From positions 96,001 to 160,000 of the forward strand of contig CAWGVS010000012.1 of assembly GCA_963826115.1 (NCBI GenBank): 64,000 nt of DNA. The letters run 5' to 3'. How positions within the stretch are numbered: position 1 is the first letter of the stretch; each line of letters starts with the position of its first letter. The translations under genes and the position numbers were made by a program. Of this stretch, positions 41,781-50,932 are shown piece by piece. The notes beneath the pieces are model-generated. The model worked only from the letters and a program-made list of their open reading frames with translations. It made no database searches and had not been told where the DNA came from. The DNA comes from an uncultured Candidatus Rokubacteria bacterium. Its GTDB lineage: Bacteria > Methylomirabilota > Methylomirabilia > Rokubacteriales > DASRDR01.

Positions 41781-42380
41781 CTAGGGGTCACTGACTACTC
41801 CTCCCCCGACGGCTCGCGGAGTGGGGCCGCGGCGAGCACACTGTGGCGCGCACCTCCCGCGTCCGAGCTCCGACCGCATCAGGTGGAGCGCCGTCACATG
41901 CGTCTCGCCGAACGCCGGACCGGATCCGAGGACGCCGGCGAGCCCGCGCGCCTCGCGGGGGTCCCGGGCCCGGGCGAGCGTGACGTGGGGATGGAACGGC
42001 CGGGGCTCCGCCGGCAGACCCCGCGCGACCAGCCCGGCCTCCAGGGCGGCCTGGAGCGCCACCAGTCCGTCCGCCCCCGTGCCGACGCCCGCCCACAGGA
42101 CGCGGGGCGCCGCGCCCGAGGGGAAGCCGCCGAGCCCGCCGAGGGTCACGGTGAACGGCGGCACGGCCATCGCCGCGGCCGTCACCGCCTCGCGGACCCG
42201 CTCGAGCGTCACGGGCTCCACCTCCCCCAGAAACCGGAGCGTCAGATGCAAATTGTCCGGACGCACCCACGCGAGCCCGCGCGTCTGCCCCCGGAGCTCG
42301 TCGCATACCGCCGCGAGGCCCGCGCGCACGCGATCCGGCAGCAGCACCGCGACGAAGCAGCGCATCGTCTGGCCGCTCAC
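41781..42380 (-). CDS. thpR: RNA 2',3'-cyclic phosphodiesterase (2H family); probable 1-nt insertion near the 3' end
   Basis: RCFVAV, NLHLTLRFLG and FHPHVTLAR (two HxT motifs). The natural-looking C-terminus GGARHSVLAAAPL lies in another frame after about 41857. Confidence 0.9.
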   Translation of the reverse strand: MSGQTMRCFVAVLLPDRVRAGLAAVCDELRGQTRGLAWVRPDNLHLTLRFLGEVEPVTLERVREAVTAAAMAVPPFTVTLGGLGGFPSGAAPRVLWAGVGTGADGLVALQAALEAGLVARGLPAEPRPFHPHVTLARARDPREARGLAGVLGSGPAFGETHVTALHLMRSELGRGRCAPQCARRGPTPRAVGGGVVSDP

Positions 42381-42429
42381 CGTGCCCCGCTCGCCGCCGC
42401 GCGGCGTGGGCCCCGACGCCCATCATCGG

Positions 42430-42445
42430 AGCAACGTGGGTGCCA
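42430..42445 (-). promoter_or_regulatory. sigma54 (-24/-12) promoter upstream of thpR
   Basis: Minus strand TGGCAC-CCACG-TTGCT, an exact consensus match, within a 205-nt intergenic gap. Confidence 0.72.
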
Positions 42446-42585
42446 GGCCTCGGCCGACGGCCTCGCGATTCGATTCGCGCCGGCCGGCGCTCCGAACGAG
42501 CCCGCGAGCCCGAATCGCTCCGACCCCGGGCCGAGCACGCAGGCATACGGGGTGACGCCGCCAAGAGACATCGGCCGGCGCGCGC

Positions 42586-43818
42586 TCAGCCCGCCTCGAG
42601 GCAGCGACGGCGGAGGAGGTCGAGGGCCCGCACCGCGGAGAGCGCCTTGTTTCCCTCCCGGTCGCGGTCGAAGCGATGGCGCTCGACGACGGCCCCATCC
42701 CGATCCGCGAGCCCGATGAACACGGTCCCGACCGGCTTGGTCGGCGTGCCGCCGTCGGGCCCGGCGATCCCCGTCACGGAGACGCCGACGTCGGTGCCGG
42801 CGCGCTCGCGTGCCCCGCGCGCCATCGCCTCGGCGCACGCCGCGGACACCGCCCCGTGCTCCTTCAGCACGGAAGCCGGCACGCCGAGGAGGGCCTGCTT
42901 CGCCTCGTTGGAATAGACGACGAACCCCCGCTCGAAGTAGGCGGAGCTGCCCGGCACCTGCGTCAGGCGGTGTCCCACGAGCCCGCCGGTGCAGGACTCG
43001 GCGAGCGAGACGGTGAGGCCGCGGGCGCGGAGCAGCCGGCCCACCACGCTCTCGAGCGTCTCGTCGTCGATGCCGTACCACGCGGCGCCGAAGGCCCCGC
43101 GGAGCGCCGGCTCGACAAGGGCGAACGCCGCGTCGGCGGCGCCCGGCGACTCCGCTCGGATGCGGAGTCGCACCCGGCATTCCTCGCCCTCGTCGACGAC
43201 CTGACCGCTGACGCCCGTCGCGCCGCGAAGCGCCGACTGGAGCTCGGCCTCCACGGTCCCGGCGTCGAGTCCCACGAGGCGCAGCGTGCGGACGAGCGCG
43301 ACCGGGCCGGCGCCCGACCCCGCGAGGCGCGGCAGGAGATGCGCACGGGCCAGCGACACGGCGGCCGCCGGACCCGCGGGCGCGACGAGCACGACGGCGC
43401 TGCCGAGCTCCGCCAAGAGGCCCGGCTCGCCGGCCTCGACGGGCGTCACGACCGTCGCGCCCTGGGGCACGAGCGCCAGCTGCTCGGCCCGCCCGGGCAC
43501 CGCCTGTCCGCGCGCCGCGTAGGCGCCGGTGAGAGCCTCCAGCGCGCGGCTGCTCAGGACCAGCCGGCTGCCGAGACAGCGCGCGAGGGCCTGCCGGAGA
43601 GTGCCCGCGGCCTCGCCGTCGCCCACCGCCACGACGGCGCCACCTTCTGCCGCCGCCTCGCGGAGCGCCCGCTCGACCGGCTCCTCCTCGGCGGCGACGA
43701 TCCGCCGGGCCCGTACCGGATAGCCGGCGCGCTCCAGGACGCGGCCGACCGCCAGCGCCGCGTCGGCGCCCGCTCCCGCGGGATCGGCCGACACGGTCAC
43801 CAGCTCGACGGTCAGCAC
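42586..43818 (-). CDS. cinA: CinA family protein (NMN deamidase C-terminal domain, divergent N-terminal domain)
   Basis: SLAESCTGG, PGSSAYF, YSNEAK, GAVS, SVTGIAGPDGG, KPVGTV. Confidence 0.9.
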   Translation of the reverse strand: MLTVELVTVSADPAGAGADAALAVGRVLERAGYPVRARRIVAAEEEPVERALREAAAEGGAVVAVGDGEAAGTLRQALARCLGSRLVLSSRALEALTGAYAARGQAVPGRAEQLALVPQGATVVTPVEAGEPGLLAELGSAVVLVAPAGPAAAVSLARAHLLPRLAGSGAGPVALVRTLRLVGLDAGTVEAELQSALRGATGVSGQVVDEGEECRVRLRIRAESPGAADAAFALVEPALRGAFGAAWYGIDDETLESVVGRLLRARGLTVSLAESCTGGLVGHRLTQVPGSSAYFERGFVVYSNEAKQALLGVPASVLKEHGAVSAACAEAMARGARERAGTDVGVSVTGIAGPDGGTPTKPVGTVFIGLADRDGAVVERHRFDRDREGNKALSAVRALDLLRRRCLEAG

Positions 43819-43822
43819 GGGG

Positions 43823-44323
43823 TCAGACGAGGTGGCGCAGCCGGTCGAGGGCCTGACCGAGGAGGCTCACGTACACGCCGGCGAGGATGTCGTCCGCCAC
43901 GATGCCGAAGCCTCCCGGCAGCGACTGGAGCCGGTTGATCCCGAGCGGCTTCACGACGTCGAAGACCCGGAAGGCGAGGAAGAGCCCGAGGACCCACGGC
44001 AGGGACCGCGGATTGCCCGCGCACGCGATCAGCATCCCGACGACCTCGTCGATGACGATCGCCGACGGGTCCGTCTCCCCGAGCCGCGCCTCCTCCCGCC
44101 CGGACGCCCAGATCCCGATCGCCGACAGGGCCACGGTCACGACGAGGATGGTCGCGTCCGTGGGGCGGAGCCACCAGACGGCGAGGGCGACCGGGAGGCT
44201 CGCGGCGGTGCCGGGCGCGACGGGCGCGTAGCCCAGCCCCCCGGCGGTCGCGATCCAGCGGGCGAGCGTCGAGCCGGGGCCCGGCGCGGCCGGCGGCTCA
44301 GCGGCGCGCGGCGGTCCCGACAA
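43823..44323 (-). CDS. pgpA: Phosphatidylglycerophosphatase A
   Basis: GYAPVAPGT, DPSAIVIDEVVG, FRVFDVVKP, GIVADDILAG. Confidence 0.94.
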   Translation of the reverse strand: MSGPPRAAEPPAAPGPGSTLARWIATAGGLGYAPVAPGTAASLPVALAVWWLRPTDATILVVTVALSAIGIWASGREEARLGETDPSAIVIDEVVGMLIACAGNPRSLPWVLGLFLAFRVFDVVKPLGINRLQSLPGGFGIVADDILAGVYVSLLGQALDRLRHLV

Positions 44324-45629
44324 GGTCGTAGCCGTCGACCTCGACGATCTCCACGGGGAGGCGACGGCCGGGGGCGAGGATCCGGTCGCGCAGGTACACG
44401 ACGCCGTCGATCTCCGGCGCCTGCGCTGCCGTCCGGCCCTCCCAGGCGAAGGCGGGATCCTCGCTCGGTCCGTCCACCAGCACCTCGTGAACGGAGCCGA
44501 GGAGCGCGGCCTGGCGGTCCCAGGCGAGGCGGTCCTGCGTCTCCTGAACCAGGCGGGCTCGCTCCTCGGCCACGTCGGCCGGCACTGGGTCGGGCAGCGT
44601 GGCGGCCGGCGTCCCCTCCTCCGCGGAGTAGACGAAGCTCCCCACCCGGTCGAAGCGCGCCTCGTCGAGGAAGGCGAGGAGCCCCTCGAACGCGGCCTCG
44701 GTCTCGCCCGGGAAGCCGACGAGCACCGTCGTGCGGAGGGTGGCGTCCGGGATCGCGTCCCGCAGCGCGCCGACGATCTCCATCATCCGCCGCCGCGTCA
44801 CGCCGCGCCGCATCGCGCGGAGGATCCCGTCGTCGGCGTGCTGGATCGGCATGTCCACGTAGGGAAGCGCGCGGGCCCGCCCGAGCTTCCGGAGGAGCGT
44901 GTCCGTGATGTGCGCCGGATGGAGATAGAGGTAGCGGAGCCACGGGACCGTCGTCTCGCCGAGCGCCACGAGGAGATCGCCGAAGTCCGGACGGCCCGGC
45001 CCGCCGGGGAGGTCCTTGCCCCACGCGAGCGTGTCCTGGGAGACGAGGACCACTTCCTGGACGCCGTCTCGCGCGAGCGCCTCGACCTCGGTCACGACGT
45101 CGGCGAGCGGCCGGCTCCGGTGACGCCCGCGCATCATCGGGATCGCGCAGAAGGTGCAGCCCATGTTGCAGCCCTCGGCGATCTTGACGTACGCGTACGG
45201 CACGCGGCCGAGGCGCACCCGCGGCGCGTCGGCGCGGTACACGTAGCCGGGCGGCGCGCCGGCCACCCACGCGTCGCGCGCGTCGAGCCGGCGGACCACG
45301 TCCACGATGCGCGGGAGCTCCCCGGTGCCGACCAGGGCGTCGACCTCCGGCAGCTCCGCCAGGAGCTCGGCGCCGTACCGCTGGGGGAGACACCCGGTGA
45401 CCACCAGGCGGCGCCCCGGCACCCGCGCCTTCCACGCCGTCAGCTCGAGGATCGTGTCGATCGACTCCTGCTTGGCCCGGTCGATGAACGCGCAGGTGTT
45501 GACCACGACGCAGTCGGCGGCCTCCGCCTCGTCGACGGGAGCCACCCCGTCCTGCTGGAGGAGCCCCAGCATGAGCTCCCCGTCGACCTGGTTCTTCGGG
45601 CAGCCGAGGCTCACGAGGTGGACGTTCAT
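44298..45629 (-). CDS. rimO: Ribosomal protein S12 methylthiotransferase
   Basis: SLGCPKNQVD, VNTCAFI, YVKIAEGCNMGCTFC, APEIDG (TRAM domain). Confidence 0.95.
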   Translation of the reverse strand: MNVHLVSLGCPKNQVDGELMLGLLQQDGVAPVDEAEAADCVVVNTCAFIDRAKQESIDTILELTAWKARVPGRRLVVTGCLPQRYGAELLAELPEVDALVGTGELPRIVDVVRRLDARDAWVAGAPPGYVYRADAPRVRLGRVPYAYVKIAEGCNMGCTFCAIPMMRGRHRSRPLADVVTEVEALARDGVQEVVLVSQDTLAWGKDLPGGPGRPDFGDLLVALGETTVPWLRYLYLHPAHITDTLLRKLGRARALPYVDMPIQHADDGILRAMRRGVTRRRMMEIVGALRDAIPDATLRTTVLVGFPGETEAAFEGLLAFLDEARFDRVGSFVYSAEEGTPAATLPDPVPADVAEERARLVQETQDRLAWDRQAALLGSVHEVLVDGPSEDPAFAWEGRTAAQAPEIDGVVYLRDRILAPGRRLPVEIVEVDGYDLVGTAARR

Positions 45630-45688
45630 GGCAGACGTCGAGTATAGCATCGGGCCTGCGGGCGCCCGGCCGCGCGCGCGGAGGCGCG

Positions 45689-46471
45689 TCAGTCCGGCCG
45701 GACGGCCACGCAGACGGTCAGGTAGCCGTGCCGCCGGACGGCCGGGACCCGACGGTACAGCCAGGCGAACAGGCGGACCGCCGGCGCGACGACGCCCGCG
45801 AGGCGGGAGCGCCGCGTGTGGAGCCACAGATCCAGCATCCGGAGCCAGCCCGGGATGAACAGGATCCCGGTGCGCGCGGTGACGTGGAACCCCGCCCCCT
45901 CCAGGAGTCGCTGGAGGGCCTTCGGGGTGAACGACTTCTCCATCCCGTAGCCGTAGAGGCCGACGAGGTTCAGCACATGCACCAGGAGCGGGCGGAGGAA
46001 CGGGTCGAGCTTGTTCGGGACGCCGACGATCGCGACGCCGCCCGGCGCGAGGACGCGGAAGATCTCGCGCACCGCCTGGGCGTACTCGGGAAAGTGCTCG
46101 ATCGTTCCCATCGAGTAGACGGCGTCGACCGAACGCTCGCGGAGCGGGATCGCGCGCACGTCCCCGACCACGAAGCCCGGGCGATGGCCGCGGAGGACCC
46201 GCCGGGCCTCACGCACGACGTCGATGGACACGTCGACGCCCATCGGGCTCGCGCCGCGCTCGGCCGCCCACCGGAGAATCTCGGTGTTCTTCGCCTCGTC
46301 CCAGAGGTCGGTCTTGAAGACGACGAGGTCGGCGAGCTTGGGGAGGTAGGTCTCGAAGAGCCAGCGCTCGCAGTCGAAGTAGTAGGCCGTCGACACCGCG
46401 CCCTTGAGCGAGGGGAAGTGGGCGCCGACGTCGTCCCAGAAGGTGGGCGGATCCCCGGTGGCGGGCCCCAT
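45689..46471 (-). CDS. Class I SAM-dependent methyltransferase-like protein
   Basis: GVDVS, GDVRAIP, DAVYSMGTIEHF, RVLAPGG. The usual glycine-rich motif I is replaced by KTDLWDEA. Confidence 0.82.
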   Translation of the reverse strand: MGPATGDPPTFWDDVGAHFPSLKGAVSTAYYFDCERWLFETYLPKLADLVVFKTDLWDEAKNTEILRWAAERGASPMGVDVSIDVVREARRVLRGHRPGFVVGDVRAIPLRERSVDAVYSMGTIEHFPEYAQAVREIFRVLAPGGVAIVGVPNKLDPFLRPLLVHVLNLVGLYGYGMEKSFTPKALQRLLEGAGFHVTARTGILFIPGWLRMLDLWLHTRRSRLAGVVAPAVRLFAWLYRRVPAVRRHGYLTVCVAVRPD

Positions 46472-46556
46472 CGCGCCCTACCTTGCCACAGTCGCCGCCG
46501 GACCGCGAGACCCATTAACCCTACCTAAAAGGCGGGGTCCCGTGCTCCGGCGATGG

Positions 46557-46848
46557 CTACCGTCGTAGCCGCGTGATGCTGACGGCCGACACCGGCCGCG
46601 AGAAGCCCTTGAGCGGGATCTCCCCGAGCGGCTCGGTCTCGACCAGCGCGTCGAGCGTCGCCAGCACGCGAGCCGCGGCGAGGATCTGGCCGCCCCGTAG
46701 GACGAGGACGCGCGCGCCCGCGTCCATGACCCGACCCTCGGTCAGGAGGGCGAGCGCGAGCGGCCCGCAGGCCAGGGCGAGACACGCCGCGAGGCGCGAC
46801 CAGACGCGAGCGCTGGGACCCCGAGAGGACGGCGTCGCTCGTCTCCAT
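46557..46848 (-). pseudogene. Remnant of a membrane-anchored class III adenylate cyclase (N-terminal TM joined to the extreme C-terminus)
   Basis: One frame reads RLAACLALACGPLALALL...GGQILAAARVLATLDALVETEPLGEIPLKGFSRPVSAVSI, a typical cyclase C-terminus; the catalytic core is absent and the upstream ATG (46848) is out of frame. Confidence 0.6.
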
Positions 46849-46952
46849 CCGGCCCCGGGGGACCGAAGGTCGCCCTGGGCCGGCTCGATCTGGTTCCGGA
46901 CGGGCCAGAAAGCCGCGTCATTATAGCGCCGGGAAGACCGACCGCCGCGCCC

Positions 46953-46981
46953 TTGACACCTGGAGCGCGGCCGACTAACGT
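46953..46981 (+). promoter_or_regulatory. sigma70-type promoter of the trp leader
   Basis: TTGACA-17 nt-TAACGT. Confidence 0.78.
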
Positions 46982-46991
46982 GCAGGGCACC

Positions 46992-47090
46992 ATGCGACGC
47001 AGCGACGCGGCGTCTCTTCGGTCCATCGGACAGCGCTGGTGGTCGTGGTGCTGGTGGCGCCCCTCTGGGGAGGGAACCGGACCCGCGTAG
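46992..47090 (+). CDS. trpL: trp operon leader peptide (32 aa, five Trp)
   Basis: MRRSDAASLRSIGQRWWSWCWWRPSGEGTGPA*; TGG codons at 47037, 47040, 47046, 47052, 47055; lies upstream of trpE. Confidence 0.9.
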   Translation: MRRSDAASLRSIGQRWWSWCWWRPSGEGTGPA

Positions 47091-47122
47091 CGATCATCGG
47101 CGTAGCAAGCAGGAAAAAGTCG

Positions 47123-47171
47123 GAGCCGAGGTGAGCGGGACGGTCCCCGCGAGCCCCGGCTCTTTTGGTTT
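47123..47171 (+). terminator. trp attenuator terminator hairpin
   Basis: GAGCCG...CGGCTC stem with inner GCGGGA/CCCGC arm, followed by TTTTGGTTT. TCGGC (47097-47101) can alternatively pair with GCCGA (47125-47129). Confidence 0.82.
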
Positions 47172-47228
47172 CCACGAGGCGTCGAGACGACCCGCCGGCC
47201 AGGCTGGCCGGGGTGGGAGGAGCCGTCG

Positions 47229-48731
47229 ATGTCGAGTCGTGCCGAGTCGTCACTCACGTCCGCCCCGGGCGGACGGGCCGTCCGAGGCGGGGCGCCCAAC
47301 GTCCTGCCCGTCTCGCGGGAGCTCCTCGCCGATCTCGAGACCCCGATCTCCGCCTACCTCCGCCTCCGGGACCGCCCGTCGAGCTTCCTCCTGGAGAGCG
47401 TGGAGGGGCCGGAGCAGGTGGCCCGGTTCTCCGTGCTCGGCGGAGACCCCCGACTCGTCCTGGAGTGCGACGGCACGGAGGTCCGCGTCCTCCGGCCCGA
47501 CGGCAGCGTGATCGAGCGGGGGCGGCCCCTCGAGACGGTGGCGCGCTACCTCGGGCGCTATCGCGCCGCACGCGACCCCGAGCTGCCGCCGTTCACGGGA
47601 GGCTTCCTCGGCTACCTCGCGTACGACGCGATCCGGCTCTGGGAGCGCCTTCCCGATCGGCCACCCGACGACCTCGGCCTCCCGGTGTTCCGCCTGGCGC
47701 TGATGGACACGATCGTCGCCTTCGACCACCGCCGCCACACGATGCGCATCGTCGCGAACGCGTTCCTCGACGAGGACGGCGGCGCGGAGGCGGCCCAGGC
47801 GCGCGCGCACGAACGGATCGACCAGGTGCTCGACCGGCTGCAGGGGCCCCGGCCCGCCGAGCCATCGGCGGTCGCGACGGCGCTGTCCCCCCGGTCCAAC
47901 TGGACGCCCGAGACCTACTGCGCGGCCGTGGAGCGCGCTCAGGCGCACATCCGCGCCGGCGACATCTACCAGGTCATCCTCTCGCAGCGCTTCGCCACGC
48001 CGGTGCCCGGGCTCGACCCCCTCGCGATCTACCGGGCGCTCCGCGTGGTCAATCCCTCGCCGTACATGTTCCTCCTCGACGCCGGCGACGGCGCGACCCT
48101 GGTGGGCTCGTCGCCCGAGCGGCTGGTCCGCGAGGAGGACGGCCGGATCGAGATGCGCCCGCTCGCGGGGACGCGCCCGCGCGGCCGTGACCGGGACGAG
48201 GACGAGGCCCACGCGCGCGAGCTCCTCGCCGACCCCAAGGAGCGCGCCGAGCACGTGATGCTGGTCGATCTCACGCGGAACGACGTGGGGCGGGTCGCGC
48301 GATACGGGTCGGTCCGCGTGAGCGAGCTCCTGACGATCGAGCGCTACTCGCACGTGATGCACCTCGTCTCGCACGTCGAGGGCGCGCTCGCCCCCGGCCG
48401 GTCGGCGTGGGAGGTGCTCCAGGCGGTGTTCCCGCACGGCACCGTCAGCGGGGCGCCGAAGGTGCGGGCGATGGAGATCATCGACGCGCTCGAGCCCGTG
48501 GCCCGCGGGCCGTACGCGGGCTGCGTCGGCTACTTCGGCTTCGACGGCTCCCTCAACACCGCGATCACGATCCGCACCGTCCTCGTCCGGAACGGCACCG
48601 CCTACGTCCAGGCGGGCGCGGGCGTGGTCTACGACTCGGTGCCGGAGCGGGAGCAGGAGGAGTGCGTCGCCAAGGCGCGGGCGCTCATGGCCGCCATCGA
48701 GCGGGCCGGGCGGACCGGCGGGAGGCCGTGA
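47229..48731 (+). CDS. trpE: Anthranilate synthase component I
   Basis: [62 protein letters not shown]. Confidence 0.96.
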   Translation: MSSRAESSLTSAPGGRAVRGGAPNVLPVSRELLADLETPISAYLRLRDRPSSFLLESVEGPEQVARFSVLGGDPRLVLECDGTEVRVLRPDGSVIERGRPLETVARYLGRYRAARDPELPPFTGGFLGYLAYDAIRLWERLPDRPPDDLGLPVFRLALMDTIVAFDHRRHTMRIVANAFLDEDGGAEAAQARAHERIDQVLDRLQGPRPAEPSAVATALSPRSNWTPETYCAAVERAQAHIRAGDIYQVILSQRFATPVPGLDPLAIYRALRVVNPSPYMFLLDAGDGATLVGSSPERLVREEDGRIEMRPLAGTRPRGRDRDEDEAHARELLADPKERAEHVMLVDLTRNDVGRVARYGSVRVSELLTIERYSHVMHLVSHVEGALAPGRSAWEVLQAVFPHGTVSGAPKVRAMEIIDALEPVARGPYAGCVGYFGFDGSLNTAITIRTVLVRNGTAYVQAGAGVVYDSVPEREQEECVAKARALMAAIERAGRTGGRP

Positions 48732-49345
48732 TGCTGTTGATGATCGACAACTACGATTCCTTCACCTACAACCTCGTCCAGTACCTCGGCGAGCTGGGCG
48801 CCGAGCTCTCCGTGTACCGGAACGACGCGATCACGGTGGACGAGGCCGAGCGGCTCGCCCCCGCGGGCATCGTCGTGTCGCCGGGCCCCGGGACGCCGCG
48901 CGACGCGGGTGTGTCGATGCCGCTCATCCAGCGCTGCGCCGAGCGTGTCCCGATCCTCGGGGTCTGCCTCGGCCACCAGGCGATCGGCGAGGTCTTCGGC
49001 GGGGTCGTCGAGCGCGCCCCGGTGCCGGTCCACGGGAAGACGGCCCTGATCCACCACGACGGTCGCGGCGTCTTCGCGGGCCTGCCGAGCCCGTTCGAGG
49101 CGACCCGGTACCACTCGCTCGTCGTCCGGCGCGCCGGCCTGCCGGCGTGCCTCGAGGTCTCGGCCGAGAGCGAGGACGGGCTCGTGATGGGGCTCCGCCA
49201 CCGCGCGTTCCCCGTCGAGGGCGTCCAGTTCCACCCGGAGTCGATCCTGACCGCGTCGGGGAAGGCGCTCCTCGGCAACTTCCTCGCCCGGCTCGGCGAG
49301 CCGGAGCCGGCGGGCGCGGGGCGCGACGCCCCGAGGGGCGAGTGA
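48731..49345 (+). CDS. trpG: Anthranilate synthase component II (glutamine amidotransferase)
   Basis: [38 protein letters not shown]. Confidence 0.95.
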   Translation: MLLMIDNYDSFTYNLVQYLGELGAELSVYRNDAITVDEAERLAPAGIVVSPGPGTPRDAGVSMPLIQRCAERVPILGVCLGHQAIGEVFGGVVERAPVPVHGKTALIHHDGRGVFAGLPSPFEATRYHSLVVRRAGLPACLEVSAESEDGLVMGLRHRAFPVEGVQFHPESILTASGKALLGNFLARLGEPEPAGAGRDAPRGE

Positions 49346-50379
49346 TGGCGGTCGGGAGCGGGCCGCCGGGCGCGCCGCGGCGGCCCCGCGTCTTCAGCGG
49401 CATCCAGCCGTCGGGGGACGTCCACCTCGGGAACTACCTCGGCGCCATCAAGCGGTGGGTCGACGGGCAGCTCGACAAGGAGAACTACTTCTGCGTCGTG
49501 GACCTCCACTCGCTCACGGTGCCCCAGGACCCGGAGACCCTCCGGCGCCAGACCCGCTCGCTCGCGGCGCTCCTCCTGGCCGCGGGCCTCGACCCCGCCC
49601 AGTGCACGCTGTTCGTCCAGAGCCACGTGACCGCGCACGCGGAGGCCTGCTGGCTCCTGAACTGCGTGACGCCGCTCGGCTGGCTCCACCGGATGACGCA
49701 GTACAAGGACCGGGCCGCCCGCCAGGAGTCCGTCGGCGCGGGGCTCCTCGACTACCCGGTGCTGATGGCCGCCGACATCCTCCTCTACGACACCGACGAG
49801 GTGCCGGTGGGCGAGGACCAGCAGCAGCACGTCGAGCTCGCGCGCGACATTGCCGAGCGGTTCAATCGCCTCCACGGCGAGACCTTCGTCCTGCCGACCG
49901 CGGTGATCCCGACCGCCGGCGCCCGCGTGATGGGGCTCGACGACCCGACGGTCAAGATGTCCAAGAGCCAGGCCCACGCGCCCGGCCACGCGATCCGGAT
50001 CCTCGACGACCCGGACGTGATCCGCCGCGCGGTCTCGCGGGCGGTGACGGACTCGGGCAAGGAGATCCGCTTCTCGGACGACCCCGCCCGCGCGGGCGTG
50101 ACCAACCTCCTCGGGATCTATCAGGCCATCACGGACAAGAGCGAGCGGTCGGTGCAGGCGGACTTCGCCGACGCCCGCGGGTACGGCGACCTGAAGCGGC
50201 GCGTCGCCGACGTGATCGTCGGGGTCCTGGCGCCGATCCGGGAGCGCCACACCGAGCTGATGGCGGACCCCGCGGAGCTCGACCGGCTCCTCGCGCGCGG
50301 CGCGGAGCGGGCCCGCGCGGTCGCCGGGCCGAAGGTCGACGAGATGAAGCGGCGGATGGGCCTGATCCTGCCGGCGTGA
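49345..50379 (+). CDS. trpS: Tryptophan--tRNA ligase
   Basis: FSGIQPSG-HLGNYLGA, YPVLMAADIL, VPVGEDQQQH, KMSKS. Confidence 0.96.
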   Translation: MAVGSGPPGAPRRPRVFSGIQPSGDVHLGNYLGAIKRWVDGQLDKENYFCVVDLHSLTVPQDPETLRRQTRSLAALLLAAGLDPAQCTLFVQSHVTAHAEACWLLNCVTPLGWLHRMTQYKDRAARQESVGAGLLDYPVLMAADILLYDTDEVPVGEDQQQHVELARDIAERFNRLHGETFVLPTAVIPTAGARVMGLDDPTVKMSKSQAHAPGHAIRILDDPDVIRRAVSRAVTDSGKEIRFSDDPARAGVTNLLGIYQAITDKSERSVQADFADARGYGDLKRRVADVIVGVLAPIRERHTELMADPAELDRLLARGAERARAVAGPKVDEMKRRMGLILPA

Positions 50380-50416
50380 GCGCGCCCGACTGGGCGGCCG
50401 GGGGCGAGCGGCGGGG

Positions 50417-50917
50417 CTACTCCGTGCGGTAGTTCGTGAACTGCATCTCGATCCCCAGGTCCTTCTCGCGGAGCAACTTGATCACGGCCTGGAGGTCGTC
50501 GCGGTTCTTGCCGAACACGCGGACGTGGTCCTCCTGGATCTGGGACTGGACCTTGAGCTTGGTGTCCTTGATGAGGCGCACGATCTCCTTGGCCTTCTCC
50601 ATCGGGATGCCCTGCTGGACGTCGATCTTCTGCCGCACCGTCCCGCCCGCCGCCGGCTCGACCGTCCCGTAAACCAGCGCCTTGAGCGGGACGCCCCGCC
50701 GGTGGAGCTTCGACTGGAGCACGTCAAGGACCTGCTTCAGGACGTAGTCGTTGTCGGTGTGGACCGTGATCGCGTCCTTCTCGAGACCGAGCTCGGTCTT
50801 GGTCTGCTTCAGGTCGTAGCGCGTCTGCACGTCGCGCGTCGCCTGGTGGACCGCGTCGGTGACCGCCTGGGGGTCCACCTTGCACGCCACGTCGAACGAG
50901 TTGTCACCCTTGGCCAT
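50417..50917 (-). CDS. yajQ: YajQ family nucleotide-binding protein
   Basis: [36 protein letters not shown]. Confidence 0.94.
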   Translation of the reverse strand: MAKGDNSFDVACKVDPQAVTDAVHQATRDVQTRYDLKQTKTELGLEKDAITVHTDNDYVLKQVLDVLQSKLHRRGVPLKALVYGTVEPAAGGTVRQKIDVQQGIPMEKAKEIVRLIKDTKLKVQSQIQEDHVRVFGKNRDDLQAVIKLLREKDLGIEMQFTNYRTE

Positions 50918-50932
50918 GGTTCCCTCCCGGCG

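Noticed and set aside
42377-42571. 64-aa ORF between cinA and thpR
   Set aside because: Atypical codons and no RBS; the region is better explained as a sigma54 promoter region.
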